The notes beneath the pieces were generated by a model. The model was not told where the DNA came from. It ran no database searches and worked only from the letters and a program-made list of their open reading frames with translations. 61,815 nucleotides of DNA from Candidatus Falkowbacteria bacterium. Its GTDB lineage: Bacteria; Patescibacteriota; Patescibacteriia; Patescibacteriales; UBA12465. Position numbers and translations under genes: made by a program. The stretch spans positions 1-61,815 of the forward strand of contig JAPLVZ010000008.1 in NCBI GenBank assembly GCA_026396805.1. The letters are read 5' to 3'. Every line of letters starts with the position of its first letter. Positions within the stretch are counted from its first letter, which is position 1. Positions 19,970-27,966 of the stretch are shown here, piece after piece.

Positions 19970-20697
19970 AGATTTTTAATCGCTAATTTAAATAAAGTCT
20001 GAAAAGTTTTTATAATTTTTTGGTTTCTTATCTTTAGACCGATTGGATGCTGTTTGTCTAGAGTAAAAATCGCGATATTTTCATCACCGACGGCAATCAA
20101 GGCTGGAGCTTCAAAATTTTTATCATTTATCAAATACTGTTTTCTTAAAATTTTTTTGTCATTTTCTAATTCTTTAATTGAGCTCTCTGTTTTATTGGTT
20201 ATCAGCTCAATATAATTTCCGTTTTTCACTCTTTCTTGGGAAAACTTTTTAGAATAAGGGCCGAAAACATTCCAGTCGCCGATTTCATAAATATATTTAT
20301 TCTTACCGGCAGTTGAGATCATTAAAGAATTTACCGCCTGAGCACCATCATAGAAAGTAACTTCTGGACGATCGATCTGATGTTTTATTTCATTAAGCTG
20401 TTTTTCAATATTTATAACAATTTCCTTTTTCGTTTTTAAATTTTCTTCCTCTTGGTCTATTAGGTCTCTCAAATTCTTCGGCGGCTCGGCGGTAAAATTT
20501 TTTATCCGGCCATTAAAAGAAGTGCCGACTAACCCTTTTTTTATTAAAGATTCCAGGGAAGAGTATGTAGTCGGGCGTGGCAATTCATTTTTTTTGGCAA
20601 TTTTTGAGGCGCTTAATTCAGGAAATTGCAATAAAGTTAAATAAATTTTTGCTTCTTTATCCGATAAGCCAATTTTTTGTAAATCATTAATTAGCAT
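19966..20697 (-). CDS. TrmB-family HTH transcriptional regulator
   Basis: 243 aa with an N-terminal LQKIGLSDKEAKIYLTLLQ...SASKIAK winged helix. Its stop overlaps the trmD start by 4 nt. Confidence 0.7.
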   Translation of the reverse strand: MLINDLQKIGLSDKEAKIYLTLLQFPELSASKIAKKNELPRPTTYSSLESLIKKGLVGTSFNGRIKNFTAEPPKNLRDLIDQEEENLKTKKEIVINIEKQLNEIKHQIDRPEVTFYDGAQAVNSLMISTAGKNKYIYEIGDWNVFGPYSKKFSQERVKNGNYIELITNKTESSIKELENDKKILRKQYLINDKNFEAPALIAVGDENIAIFTLDKQHPIGLKIRNQKIIKTFQTLFKLAIKNL

Positions 20698-20808
20698 AAT
20701 ATATTGTTAGTGTTGTCAGATATGTCCGACAATTTAAACATATCAAGGAAATAGGATATAGTCAAGCCAGTTTTTTAACAAATAAATAATTTTAAAATAG
20801 GAGGTATT

Positions 20809-21081
20809 ATGAAAAAAATTGTGGTAACTTATTTCGAGGATGACGGAACGTTATTGGGCAAGACGATTGAACATAAGATAGCCGATTTTGCCAATCAAAA
20901 TAACTTAAGTCCGTCTGATTTTAAAATCTGTCATATCGGGACACGTCAAGAAAAGAAGGATAATACTGATATTCTGATAAGAGAGGTTTCGGTTTTATAT
21001 TATGCGGACGAGGAACTGGCCAGGAAAGTTTCGGCTCAGTATTATACAGAAAGAGAATTTAAGGAATTATATGGAGGGTGA
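20809..21081 (+). CDS. Hypothetical protein
   Basis: 90 aa with a strong AGGAGG 6 nt upstream of the ATG and a terminator downstream. Confidence 0.55.
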   Translation: MKKIVVTYFEDDGTLLGKTIEHKIADFANQNNLSPSDFKICHIGTRQEKKDNTDILIREVSVLYYADEELARKVSAQYYTEREFKELYGG

Positions 21082-21119
21082 ATTAGTGTAATGATTTAAG
21101 AAGCTCTTTGGATAAACAG

Positions 21120-21149
21120 GAAGCTCTTTAAACAAAGAGCTTCTTTTTT
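21120..21149 (+). terminator. Intrinsic terminator
   Basis: A 10-bp stem GAAGCTCTTT/AAAGAGCTTC with loop AAAC, followed by T6. Confidence 0.75.
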
Positions 21150-21202
21150 ATAACAAAAAAGCCCGCTGAAGGGCCTTCTTGTTTATTCAATCTTCTGGAG
21201 AT

Positions 21203-21541
21203 TTAAATTTTTAAATCGTCAATCGCGGAAGTATCGATATCGTCACGGCTAGTATCGCGATGAGCTTCGCGAGCTTCGTGGCGGGCCGGACCTTCCGGAT
21301 CATAAATCTTTAAGTTGACGCGGGAGTTATTTTTAGCACCGATTATTTTTAATAAGGTGCGGATTGACTGCGCGGTTTGACCCTTGCGGCCAATAACATA
21401 ACCCATGTCGGCCGGATTTGTCTTGAGGGTCAATAAGACGCCTCTCTCATCAATCGTCCGGTCTACGACCACATCGTTCGGATTGGCAACGATGGCTTTT
21501 ACCACAATTTCCAGGAACTGTTTGTCTTCCATAATTTTCAT
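21203..21541 (-). CDS. KH-domain RNA-binding protein (YlqC-like) with a charged C-terminal tail
   Basis: 112 aa with the VIGRKGQTAQSIRTLL KH signature, located downstream of rpsP. Confidence 0.85.
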   Translation of the reverse strand: MKIMEDKQFLEIVVKAIVANPNDVVVDRTIDERGVLLTLKTNPADMGYVIGRKGQTAQSIRTLLKIIGAKNNSRVNLKIYDPEGPARHEAREAHRDTSRDDIDTSAIDDLKI

Positions 21542-21679
21542 TCGTCTTTCCGGTTTGGGTCGGATTTACATCCGGATAAACCAGAAAGAATTGTTATTAA
21601 ATAACTGCCACATCAGCAGCTTTATATCAATAATTATAGCACTTCAACGGCTTTTGTCAATTCAACTTTTTTCTGAAAT

Positions 21680-22141
21680 TTATTCAGTTTTAGTTTTTTT
21701 CTTGGGGGCTTCTTTGGTCGGAGCATCCTTAATTGGAGCGGCTTCGACCGGGGTTTCAACCGGAGCGGTTTCAACTAAAGTTTCGGTAACAGGATTTTTG
21801 GCGACCGGAGCGGCTTCGCGAACGGCTTTCTTATCAGTCTTGGTTTTTAACTGGGCCAAGCGTTTTTCGCTGGTCTTTTTCACTTTGGAAGCCGTCGCTT
21901 TTTTGCCTTCGATAATCTTCTTTTCAATTAAAAGATTGTTGATAGTGGCGGTCATTTGAGCGCCCTTAGTCAGCCAGTATTTAACTCTATCGGCTTTAAC
22001 GGCCAGTTCTTTGGAGTGAGGATTATAAGAGCCTAATATTTCTAAAATATTACCATATGGGTCGCGGCCTTTTTCAGAAATAATCACCCGGAACATTTTC
22101 TTGTTGGTCTTGCCAGTTTTCGCTAATTTAATTGCTAACAT
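21680..22141 (-). CDS. rpsP: 30S ribosomal protein S16 with an Ala/Pro/Lys/Glu-rich C-terminal extension
   Basis: 153 aa with an N-terminal MLAIKLAKTGKTNKKMFRVI...GSYNP core and a low-complexity tail of about 70 aa. Confidence 0.92.
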   Translation of the reverse strand: MLAIKLAKTGKTNKKMFRVIISEKGRDPYGNILEILGSYNPHSKELAVKADRVKYWLTKGAQMTATINNLLIEKKIIEGKKATASKVKKTSEKRLAQLKTKTDKKAVREAAPVAKNPVTETLVETAPVETPVEAAPIKDAPTKEAPKKKTKTE

Positions 22142-22230
22142 AAGGTTTTTTTCGGTATTATTTTTATTGAAAAATAATAACTTATTCTTAAATAAAAGTC
22201 AATATTTAGGTTTTAGCTCGGATTCCAGGA

Positions 22231-24504
22231 TTATTGGCCGCTTCTATCGAAACGACTCGGGCGCGCCGGACCGCTCGGACGGCGACCGCCGCCAAAACTG
22301 GGGCGACCGGATCCGCCGCCGAATGAAGTGCCGTTAGATTTACCCTTTTCATCTTTCCAAAGATGGGCGTTTTCTTCTAAGCCTTTCATGGTTAAGCTAA
22401 CGCGGCCCTGATCGTCGATTTCTTTGATTTTAACGGTGACGATATCGCCAACAGCTATAAGGTCGCTGGGCTTCTCGACGCGGTAAGGCGCCAGTTCGCT
22501 GACATGGACCATCCCGTCCTGGCTGGTATTTAAGGCGACGAAAGCGCCGAAGTCTAATAATCTGACCACTTTGCCTTTGACTATCTCGCCGGCGGCAAAG
22601 ACATGAACAATCTCTTTGACCTGTCTAACCGCTTCGTCAACCATGGCGGCGTCAGTGCCGCAAATCATGACCAAGCCGCTGTCCTCAATATCAATACTAA
22701 CACCAGTTTCATCAATAATTTTGTTAATGATTTTTCCGCCCGGACCGATAATCGCTCCGATTTTTTCAGGATCAACGCTGAAGCTGATTAAGCGCGGGGC
22801 ATACTTTGATAATTCCGCGCGCGGTTCGGCGATAGCGGATTTAATGACTCCTAAAATCTGGTTCAAAGCGGCTCGGCCTTGAGTTAAAGTTTGCGTGATA
22901 ATCGTGTCGCTTAAACCGATCGTTTTGGTGTCTAGTTGAATGGCGGTCAATCCCTTTTCCGTACCGGTAATCTTAAAGTCCATGCCGCCGTCGCCGTCTT
23001 CCAAATCTTGAATATCGGTTAAGACAGCCCACTTACTCATATCTTTGTTAGAGGCGAGTCCCATCGCGATGCCCGCTACCGGGCGTTTAATCGGAACGCC
23101 GGCATCCATTAACGCTAAAGTGGAGGCGCAGGCGGAAGCCATTGAAGACGAACCGTTTGAGCCCAAAGTTTCGCTGACGATGCGGATAGTATAAGGGAAT
23201 TCTTCTTTAGTCGGGACAACCGGCAAAAGAGCTTTTTCCGCCAAAGCGCCATGGCCGATTTCTCGACGTCCGGTGCTGCGGAGCGGGGAAGCTTCGCCGA
23301 CCGAATACGGCGGGAAGTTATAATGATGCATGTATCTTTTCTTGCTCTGTCCTTCAAGACCTTCCAGGGATTGTTCTAATCCGGGAGCGCCTAAAGTGAC
23401 AATAGACATGACTTGAGTTTCGCCTCGTGAGAACAAGGAAGTTCCATGATCACGGGGGAGGATGGCCACTTCGGCGGATAAGGGGCGGATTTCATCGATT
23501 GCCCGGCCGTCAACACGGCGTTTATCTTTTAGAACAGCGTCGGTGACTTCGGCGTCAATCATCTTTTCCACCAGCTTCTTAATAATAAAACCGCGCTTGT
23601 CCTCGGTCAGGCCTTGAGAAATCAGATAGACCTCCAGTTGCTCCTTGATGGCGCCGACGGCTAATTTTCTTTCACCTTTAGTATAATAGACTTTATCGAA
23701 TAAGATTTTTTTGATGTTGGCTTTTAACCAAGTTTCACCGATTGTAAGCAACGCTTGTTTAGTTTCGGCCGCTTGCTGTTCTTCCGGAGTACCGATTTTT
23801 TTAACATCGCCGGAGATTTTTTTCGGAGTGACGCCGTTTTTTAGTTCGTTAATCAGATCAATCGCGCCTTTCATTTGGTCGCGTCCGGCCAAGATCGCTT
23901 TTAACATGACATCTTCCGGAACTTCATTAGCCCCGGCATCAATCATAATAACTTTTTCAGTTGTGCCGGCCACAATCAAATCCAGCGAACTTTTCGCCTG
24001 TTCCGCGTAAGTCGGGTTAAAGACGAATTTATCCTCAATCAAGCCGACGCGGACACCGCCGATCGGGCCGTTCCATTTTAAGCCGGAAATAGATAAGACC
24101 GCGGAAGCCGCGATCAAGGCGATGATATCATAGTCATTCTCTTGGTCAACAGCCAAAGTCGTGATAATGACTTGGATATCGCGATTGTCGCCCGGTTCGA
24201 ACAAGGGGCGGATAGAGCGGTCAATCATGCGGCCGGTCAAAATAGACAAATCGGTCGGCCGACCTTCGCGCTTAACCCAGCGGGAACCTTTGATAATTCC
24301 GGCGGCGTAGAGCTTTTCTTCAAAATCAACCATCAACGGGAAGAAATCAACGCCTTCGCGCTCGGTTTTAGATTGGACGACAGTCGCCTGAACGACGGTT
24401 TCGCCATATTGGACCCAGACAGCCGCATCGGCTTGCAGGGCGACCTTCCCGGTCTTAATAGTGAGAGGGCGGCCAAGCCACTCTCCGGTAAATACTTTTT
24501 CCAT
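22231..24504 (-). CDS. pnp: Polyribonucleotide nucleotidyltransferase (PNPase)
   Basis: 757 aa with two RNase PH domains, KH (GPGGKIINKI), S1 (GKVVRLLDFGAFV) and a C-terminal Gly/Arg-rich tail. Confidence 0.96.
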   Translation of the reverse strand: MEKVFTGEWLGRPLTIKTGKVALQADAAVWVQYGETVVQATVVQSKTEREGVDFFPLMVDFEEKLYAAGIIKGSRWVKREGRPTDLSILTGRMIDRSIRPLFEPGDNRDIQVIITTLAVDQENDYDIIALIAASAVLSISGLKWNGPIGGVRVGLIEDKFVFNPTYAEQAKSSLDLIVAGTTEKVIMIDAGANEVPEDVMLKAILAGRDQMKGAIDLINELKNGVTPKKISGDVKKIGTPEEQQAAETKQALLTIGETWLKANIKKILFDKVYYTKGERKLAVGAIKEQLEVYLISQGLTEDKRGFIIKKLVEKMIDAEVTDAVLKDKRRVDGRAIDEIRPLSAEVAILPRDHGTSLFSRGETQVMSIVTLGAPGLEQSLEGLEGQSKKRYMHHYNFPPYSVGEASPLRSTGRREIGHGALAEKALLPVVPTKEEFPYTIRIVSETLGSNGSSSMASACASTLALMDAGVPIKRPVAGIAMGLASNKDMSKWAVLTDIQDLEDGDGGMDFKITGTEKGLTAIQLDTKTIGLSDTIITQTLTQGRAALNQILGVIKSAIAEPRAELSKYAPRLISFSVDPEKIGAIIGPGGKIINKIIDETGVSIDIEDSGLVMICGTDAAMVDEAVRQVKEIVHVFAAGEIVKGKVVRLLDFGAFVALNTSQDGMVHVSELAPYRVEKPSDLIAVGDIVTVKIKEIDDQGRVSLTMKGLEENAHLWKDEKGKSNGTSFGGGSGRPSFGGGRRPSGPARPSRFDRSGQ

Positions 24505-24597
24505 AACATTTTTGCCTGGCCGCTAAATTACAGAACTGTATTAATATACAGCGCTATCTATTTATCGGTCAGGTTTATTAAATTATTTAAATTTTTC

Positions 24598-25098
24598 TTA
24601 ACGATAAAGCAGGAATTTCTTGTTGGCGCTCAAATCGGTAAAGTCATCGGCTTCTTCTATGAGTTTAGATGAGCAGGTTTTTTTGAAAGCCATTATTTCC
24701 ACGAGACAGCCTTTGTTATTCTGCAGATAAGATACCAGCGGGAGATAATCGCCGTCGCCGGAAACTAGAACGATAACATCAAGTTTATCGGCCAGCTTGA
24801 TGGCGTCGATGGCGATACCCACATCCCAATCGCCCTTTTTCGCGCCGCCGGCGAAGATTTGAAGGTCTTTCATCTTGACTTCAAAACCTTGCTGATCAAG
24901 CGCCTCGATAAAGGGGGATTCCTCCTTATTTTCCGTGCGGATAGCATAAGCGGTGGCCCGGATCAGTTTTCGGTCGGCCACTGCCTTAGCTAAAATCTCT
25001 CTGAAATTAACTTTCCGATTATATAAATTCTTCGCCGAATGATACATATTGGAAACATCCACCAGAATTCCGACTCGTTGTTCCGTATGTTTTATCAT
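24598..25098 (-). CDS. NYN/LabA-like domain protein (putative RNase)
   Basis: 166 aa with the VDVSN...GDWDVGIAIDA...VSGDGDY acidic motif pattern. Confidence 0.75.
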   Translation of the reverse strand: MIKHTEQRVGILVDVSNMYHSAKNLYNRKVNFREILAKAVADRKLIRATAYAIRTENKEESPFIEALDQQGFEVKMKDLQIFAGGAKKGDWDVGIAIDAIKLADKLDVIVLVSGDGDYLPLVSYLQNNKGCLVEIMAFKKTCSSKLIEEADDFTDLSANKKFLLYR

Positions 25099-25104
25099 AA
25101 ATGA

Positions 25105-25479
25105 TTATTTTACGTCTTCAATAACTTCTTCTTTTATCTCGTCGCCTTCTTCGGTCTCGATATATTTTTTTTCTTTCTTCTTTTCTTCTTCCTCTTCTTC
25201 GATGAGCTTTTGGGAGATTCTAAGTTTCAGTCTTTCGGATAATTCCTTAAATTGTTCGGAATTTTCTTTCTGTAAGTATTTAAGCAATTTGCGTCTTTCG
25301 CCGACCTTTTTTAAGAGGCCGCGGCGGGAAGAGAAATCGTGCTTATGTTTCTTCAAGTGCTCGGTCAGCTCCTTAATCTCTTCGGTGAGGATTGCGATTT
25401 GGACCTGGGAAGAACCGGTATCCGTGTCATGGACGCGGAATTTCTTGATGATTTTTTCTTTGTTTTTTTTGTCTAACAT
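25105..25479 (-). CDS. rpsO: 30S ribosomal protein S15 with an acidic C-terminal extension
   Basis: 124 aa with TGSSQVQIA...[17 protein letters not shown], then an E/K-rich tail. Confidence 0.93.
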   Translation of the reverse strand: MLDKKNKEKIIKKFRVHDTDTGSSQVQIAILTEEIKELTEHLKKHKHDFSSRRGLLKKVGERRKLLKYLQKENSEQFKELSERLKLRISQKLIEEEEEEKKKEKKYIETEEGDEIKEEVIEDVK

Positions 25480-25554
25480 AGTTTATTCGCTCCTATCCGA
25501 GAAGCGGTTAATCGGTCCGCATCCAAGAAAGAGTACCTTAATTATTTAAATCAC

Positions 25555-25815
25555 TTATTTAAAAGCGTTGATTTTTTTCATCAATTTTGATTTTTTGCGG
25601 GCGGCGGTGTTTTTTTTGATTAAGCCCTTCCTAGCGGCTTTATCAATCGCCTTAATGGTTTTTTTATAATCTTCTTTTATATTCTTATCTCCGGCCTTAA
25701 TCTGTTTTAAGCTGGTTTTTACCAAATCTTTCAATTTTCCGATAATTTTTTTATTTTGGGCGCTTCTTTTAACGGCTTTACGCAGTTCTTTGGCGGCCGA
25801 TTTCTTGTTTGGCAT
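25555..25815 (-). CDS. rpsT: 30S ribosomal protein S20
   Basis: 86 aa, highly basic, with MPNKKSAAKELRK...N and the usual helical repeat pattern. Confidence 0.88.
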   Translation of the reverse strand: MPNKKSAAKELRKAVKRSAQNKKIIGKLKDLVKTSLKQIKAGDKNIKEDYKKTIKAIDKAARKGLIKKNTAARKKSKLMKKINAFK

Positions 25816-25960
25816 ACTGAATTTTTAAATTATTAATTAATTAATATAGAGAAATACTAACATAATAGTAAACAAAAATCAAGTCCGCCCAATCTTTGGG
25901 AAAATTTTGTCTATTAGTATATAATATAGGTATGCTTAAGATACGTTTAAGAGTATAGAT

Positions 25961-26761
25961 ATGTTCAAAATCCGTAACTCAAATAAGAAAAAACTCCTAG
26001 TCTTAGCGATTATTTTAGTGATTATCGCCGGGGGTTATTTAAATCGTGCCTATTCTCATATTTATGGGGTGCTCGGCGCCGCTGATTTAAGGCCGGCAAA
26101 CGGGCAGGGAACTTATTTAATAGGCGGAACTAATTTAATAGAGGGCGTTAACCAGATAAATAATATGGCGACCACCAGTCTTATCTATGTTGCTTTAGGG
26201 GACAGTTTGACCGCCGGAGTCGGTACTGATAGTTATCAGGAAATATTACCTTACCTCTTGGCTGAAAAATTTGCCGCCGGCGAAAAGACGATTGTTCTAA
26301 AGAATCATTCTGTTCCCGGAGCGGAAACCGCGGACGTAGTTACTGATCTCCTCTCCACGGCCATTAATGATAATCCGGATATTGTCACGCTTTTAATCGG
26401 TGTTAATGACATCCATAATAAAGTTTCGGCCGCGAAGTTCACGGAGAACTATGAGGAGATTTTAAATCGTCTCCAGCGGGGGACAAGGGCGAAGATTTAT
26501 GTTATTAATCTTCCGTTCCTGGGTTCTGATAAATTGATGCTTCCGCCATACCAGTCTTTATTCGACGCGCGGACTCGGGAATTTAATGAAATCATTAAAG
26601 GCCTGGCCGATAAATATTCCGTTCAATATATAGATTTATATACGCCGACCGTTGAACTATTTAAACGTTCCGGCGACCATTATTCAAAAGATTTATTTCA
26701 TCCTTCCGCCGGCGGTTATAAACTTTGGGCGGACATAATTTATGATCGTATCAATAACTAA
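25961..26761 (+). CDS. SGNH/GDSL hydrolase with an N-terminal membrane anchor
   Basis: 266 aa with block I ALGDSLTAG, block III GVND and block V DLFHPS. Confidence 0.85.
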   Translation: MFKIRNSNKKKLLVLAIILVIIAGGYLNRAYSHIYGVLGAADLRPANGQGTYLIGGTNLIEGVNQINNMATTSLIYVALGDSLTAGVGTDSYQEILPYLLAEKFAAGEKTIVLKNHSVPGAETADVVTDLLSTAINDNPDIVTLLIGVNDIHNKVSAAKFTENYEEILNRLQRGTRAKIYVINLPFLGSDKLMLPPYQSLFDARTREFNEIIKGLADKYSVQYIDLYTPTVELFKRSGDHYSKDLFHPSAGGYKLWADIIYDRINN

Positions 26762-27845
26762 TCCAATCCAGGCCACTTGGATTTTTTCGCTTCTGTTTGG
26801 CGCGGTTCTGCTCATTTCCGCGCGGCCGCGAAAAATTACCGACTGGTTTCCGGCGTCTTTGACAACGGAGCTAAAGGGAGTGGCGATACTTATGATCGTT
26901 CTTTCCCATATCGGATATTTTTTGGTTTCCGATACTCGCTTCCTTTGGCCGCTCTCAATTATGGCCGGCGTCGGCGTCAATTTATTTTTGTTTTTATCCG
27001 GTTTCGGTTTGACGGCCAGCGGTCTGCAGAAAAATCTTAGCGTTGGCCAATTTTATAAGCGCCGTCTCTTAAAATTATTCACGCCGTTCTGGTTGGCTCT
27101 AGTGATTTTCTTGGCGGCCGATTTTTTTATTCTCGGGAAGAGTTATTCCTTTACTTTCCTTTGGCAAGGGATACTGGGGATTTTTACGCACGCGAATTTG
27201 TATACCGACTTTAATTCGCCGCTCTGGTATTTTACCTTGATCCTTTTATATTATTTGTTGTTTCCGTTAGTATTTTTTAAACGTTTCCCTTGGCTCTCGG
27301 CAATTATTCTCTTTCTTGCCGGTAATTGGTTGATTAAACTGGAGCCGACTTTTTTTGACAATGTTTTGTATCTTTATAAAATTCATATTATGGCGTTTCC
27401 GCTCGGCGTTTTGGCGGCTTGGGCGGTTACGAAATTACCGAGCGCGGCCTGGCTGGAAAAATTGTCTAAAGGCTGGCGGGCGATTGGATATTATTTGGTT
27501 TTACTAAGTTTATTGGCGGTTTTTGTCTATGCGAATATTAATTCCGGTATCGGCGGCAGCGCGTCTAAAGAACAATGGATGAGCGTGATAGCTGTTTTAA
27601 CAATCGCCCTGGTATTTATGATGAAGAAATTAGAGTTTAGATTATTTTCTCTCTTCGGATTATATTCCTATGAGATTTATCTGTGGCATTGGCCACTTAT
27701 GTATCGCTATAATATTTTTTACGGCTTCATGCCGCCTTGGCTGGCGACGATTTTGTATTTAGGGTTGTTTATCGGGGTGGGATGGGGTGCGCAGAAGATT
27801 ATGGGGTTGTTAAATAAGTCGAGGTTAATGATGGTAAAAAAATAA
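26742..27845 (+). CDS. Acyltransferase family 3 (integral membrane O-acyltransferase)
   Basis: 367 aa and polytopic, with the early G..ILMIVLSH motif. It overlaps the SGNH gene by 20 nt. Confidence 0.8.
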   Translation: MIVSITNPIQATWIFSLLFGAVLLISARPRKITDWFPASLTTELKGVAILMIVLSHIGYFLVSDTRFLWPLSIMAGVGVNLFLFLSGFGLTASGLQKNLSVGQFYKRRLLKLFTPFWLALVIFLAADFFILGKSYSFTFLWQGILGIFTHANLYTDFNSPLWYFTLILLYYLLFPLVFFKRFPWLSAIILFLAGNWLIKLEPTFFDNVLYLYKIHIMAFPLGVLAAWAVTKLPSAAWLEKLSKGWRAIGYYLVLLSLLAVFVYANINSGIGGSASKEQWMSVIAVLTIALVFMMKKLEFRLFSLFGLYSYEIYLWHWPLMYRYNIFYGFMPPWLATILYLGLFIGVGWGAQKIMGLLNKSRLMMVKK

Positions 27846-27858
27846 TTCTCAAAAAAAT

Positions 27859-27885
27859 CAGGAGCCTAGTCAGCTCCTGTTTTTA
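27859..27885 (+). terminator. Intrinsic terminator
   Basis: CAGGAGC-(7 nt)-GCTCCTG followed by TTTTT. Confidence 0.7.
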
Positions 27886-27966
27886 TTTACGATGTCGGGA
27901 TTAAAATAGTAATTTGTTAGAATTACAATATAAAATAAATAAATTAAATATTTTTTACGTAAAATT

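Noticed and set aside
21405-21959. 184-aa plus-strand ORF, with similar shadow ORFs at 25049..25549, 35805..36197 and 61153..61572
   Set aside because: They are mirror frames of low-complexity tails or long genes on the other strand (KH/S16, S15, polA, FtsK tail). They have Ser/Leu/Phe-rich nonsense composition.
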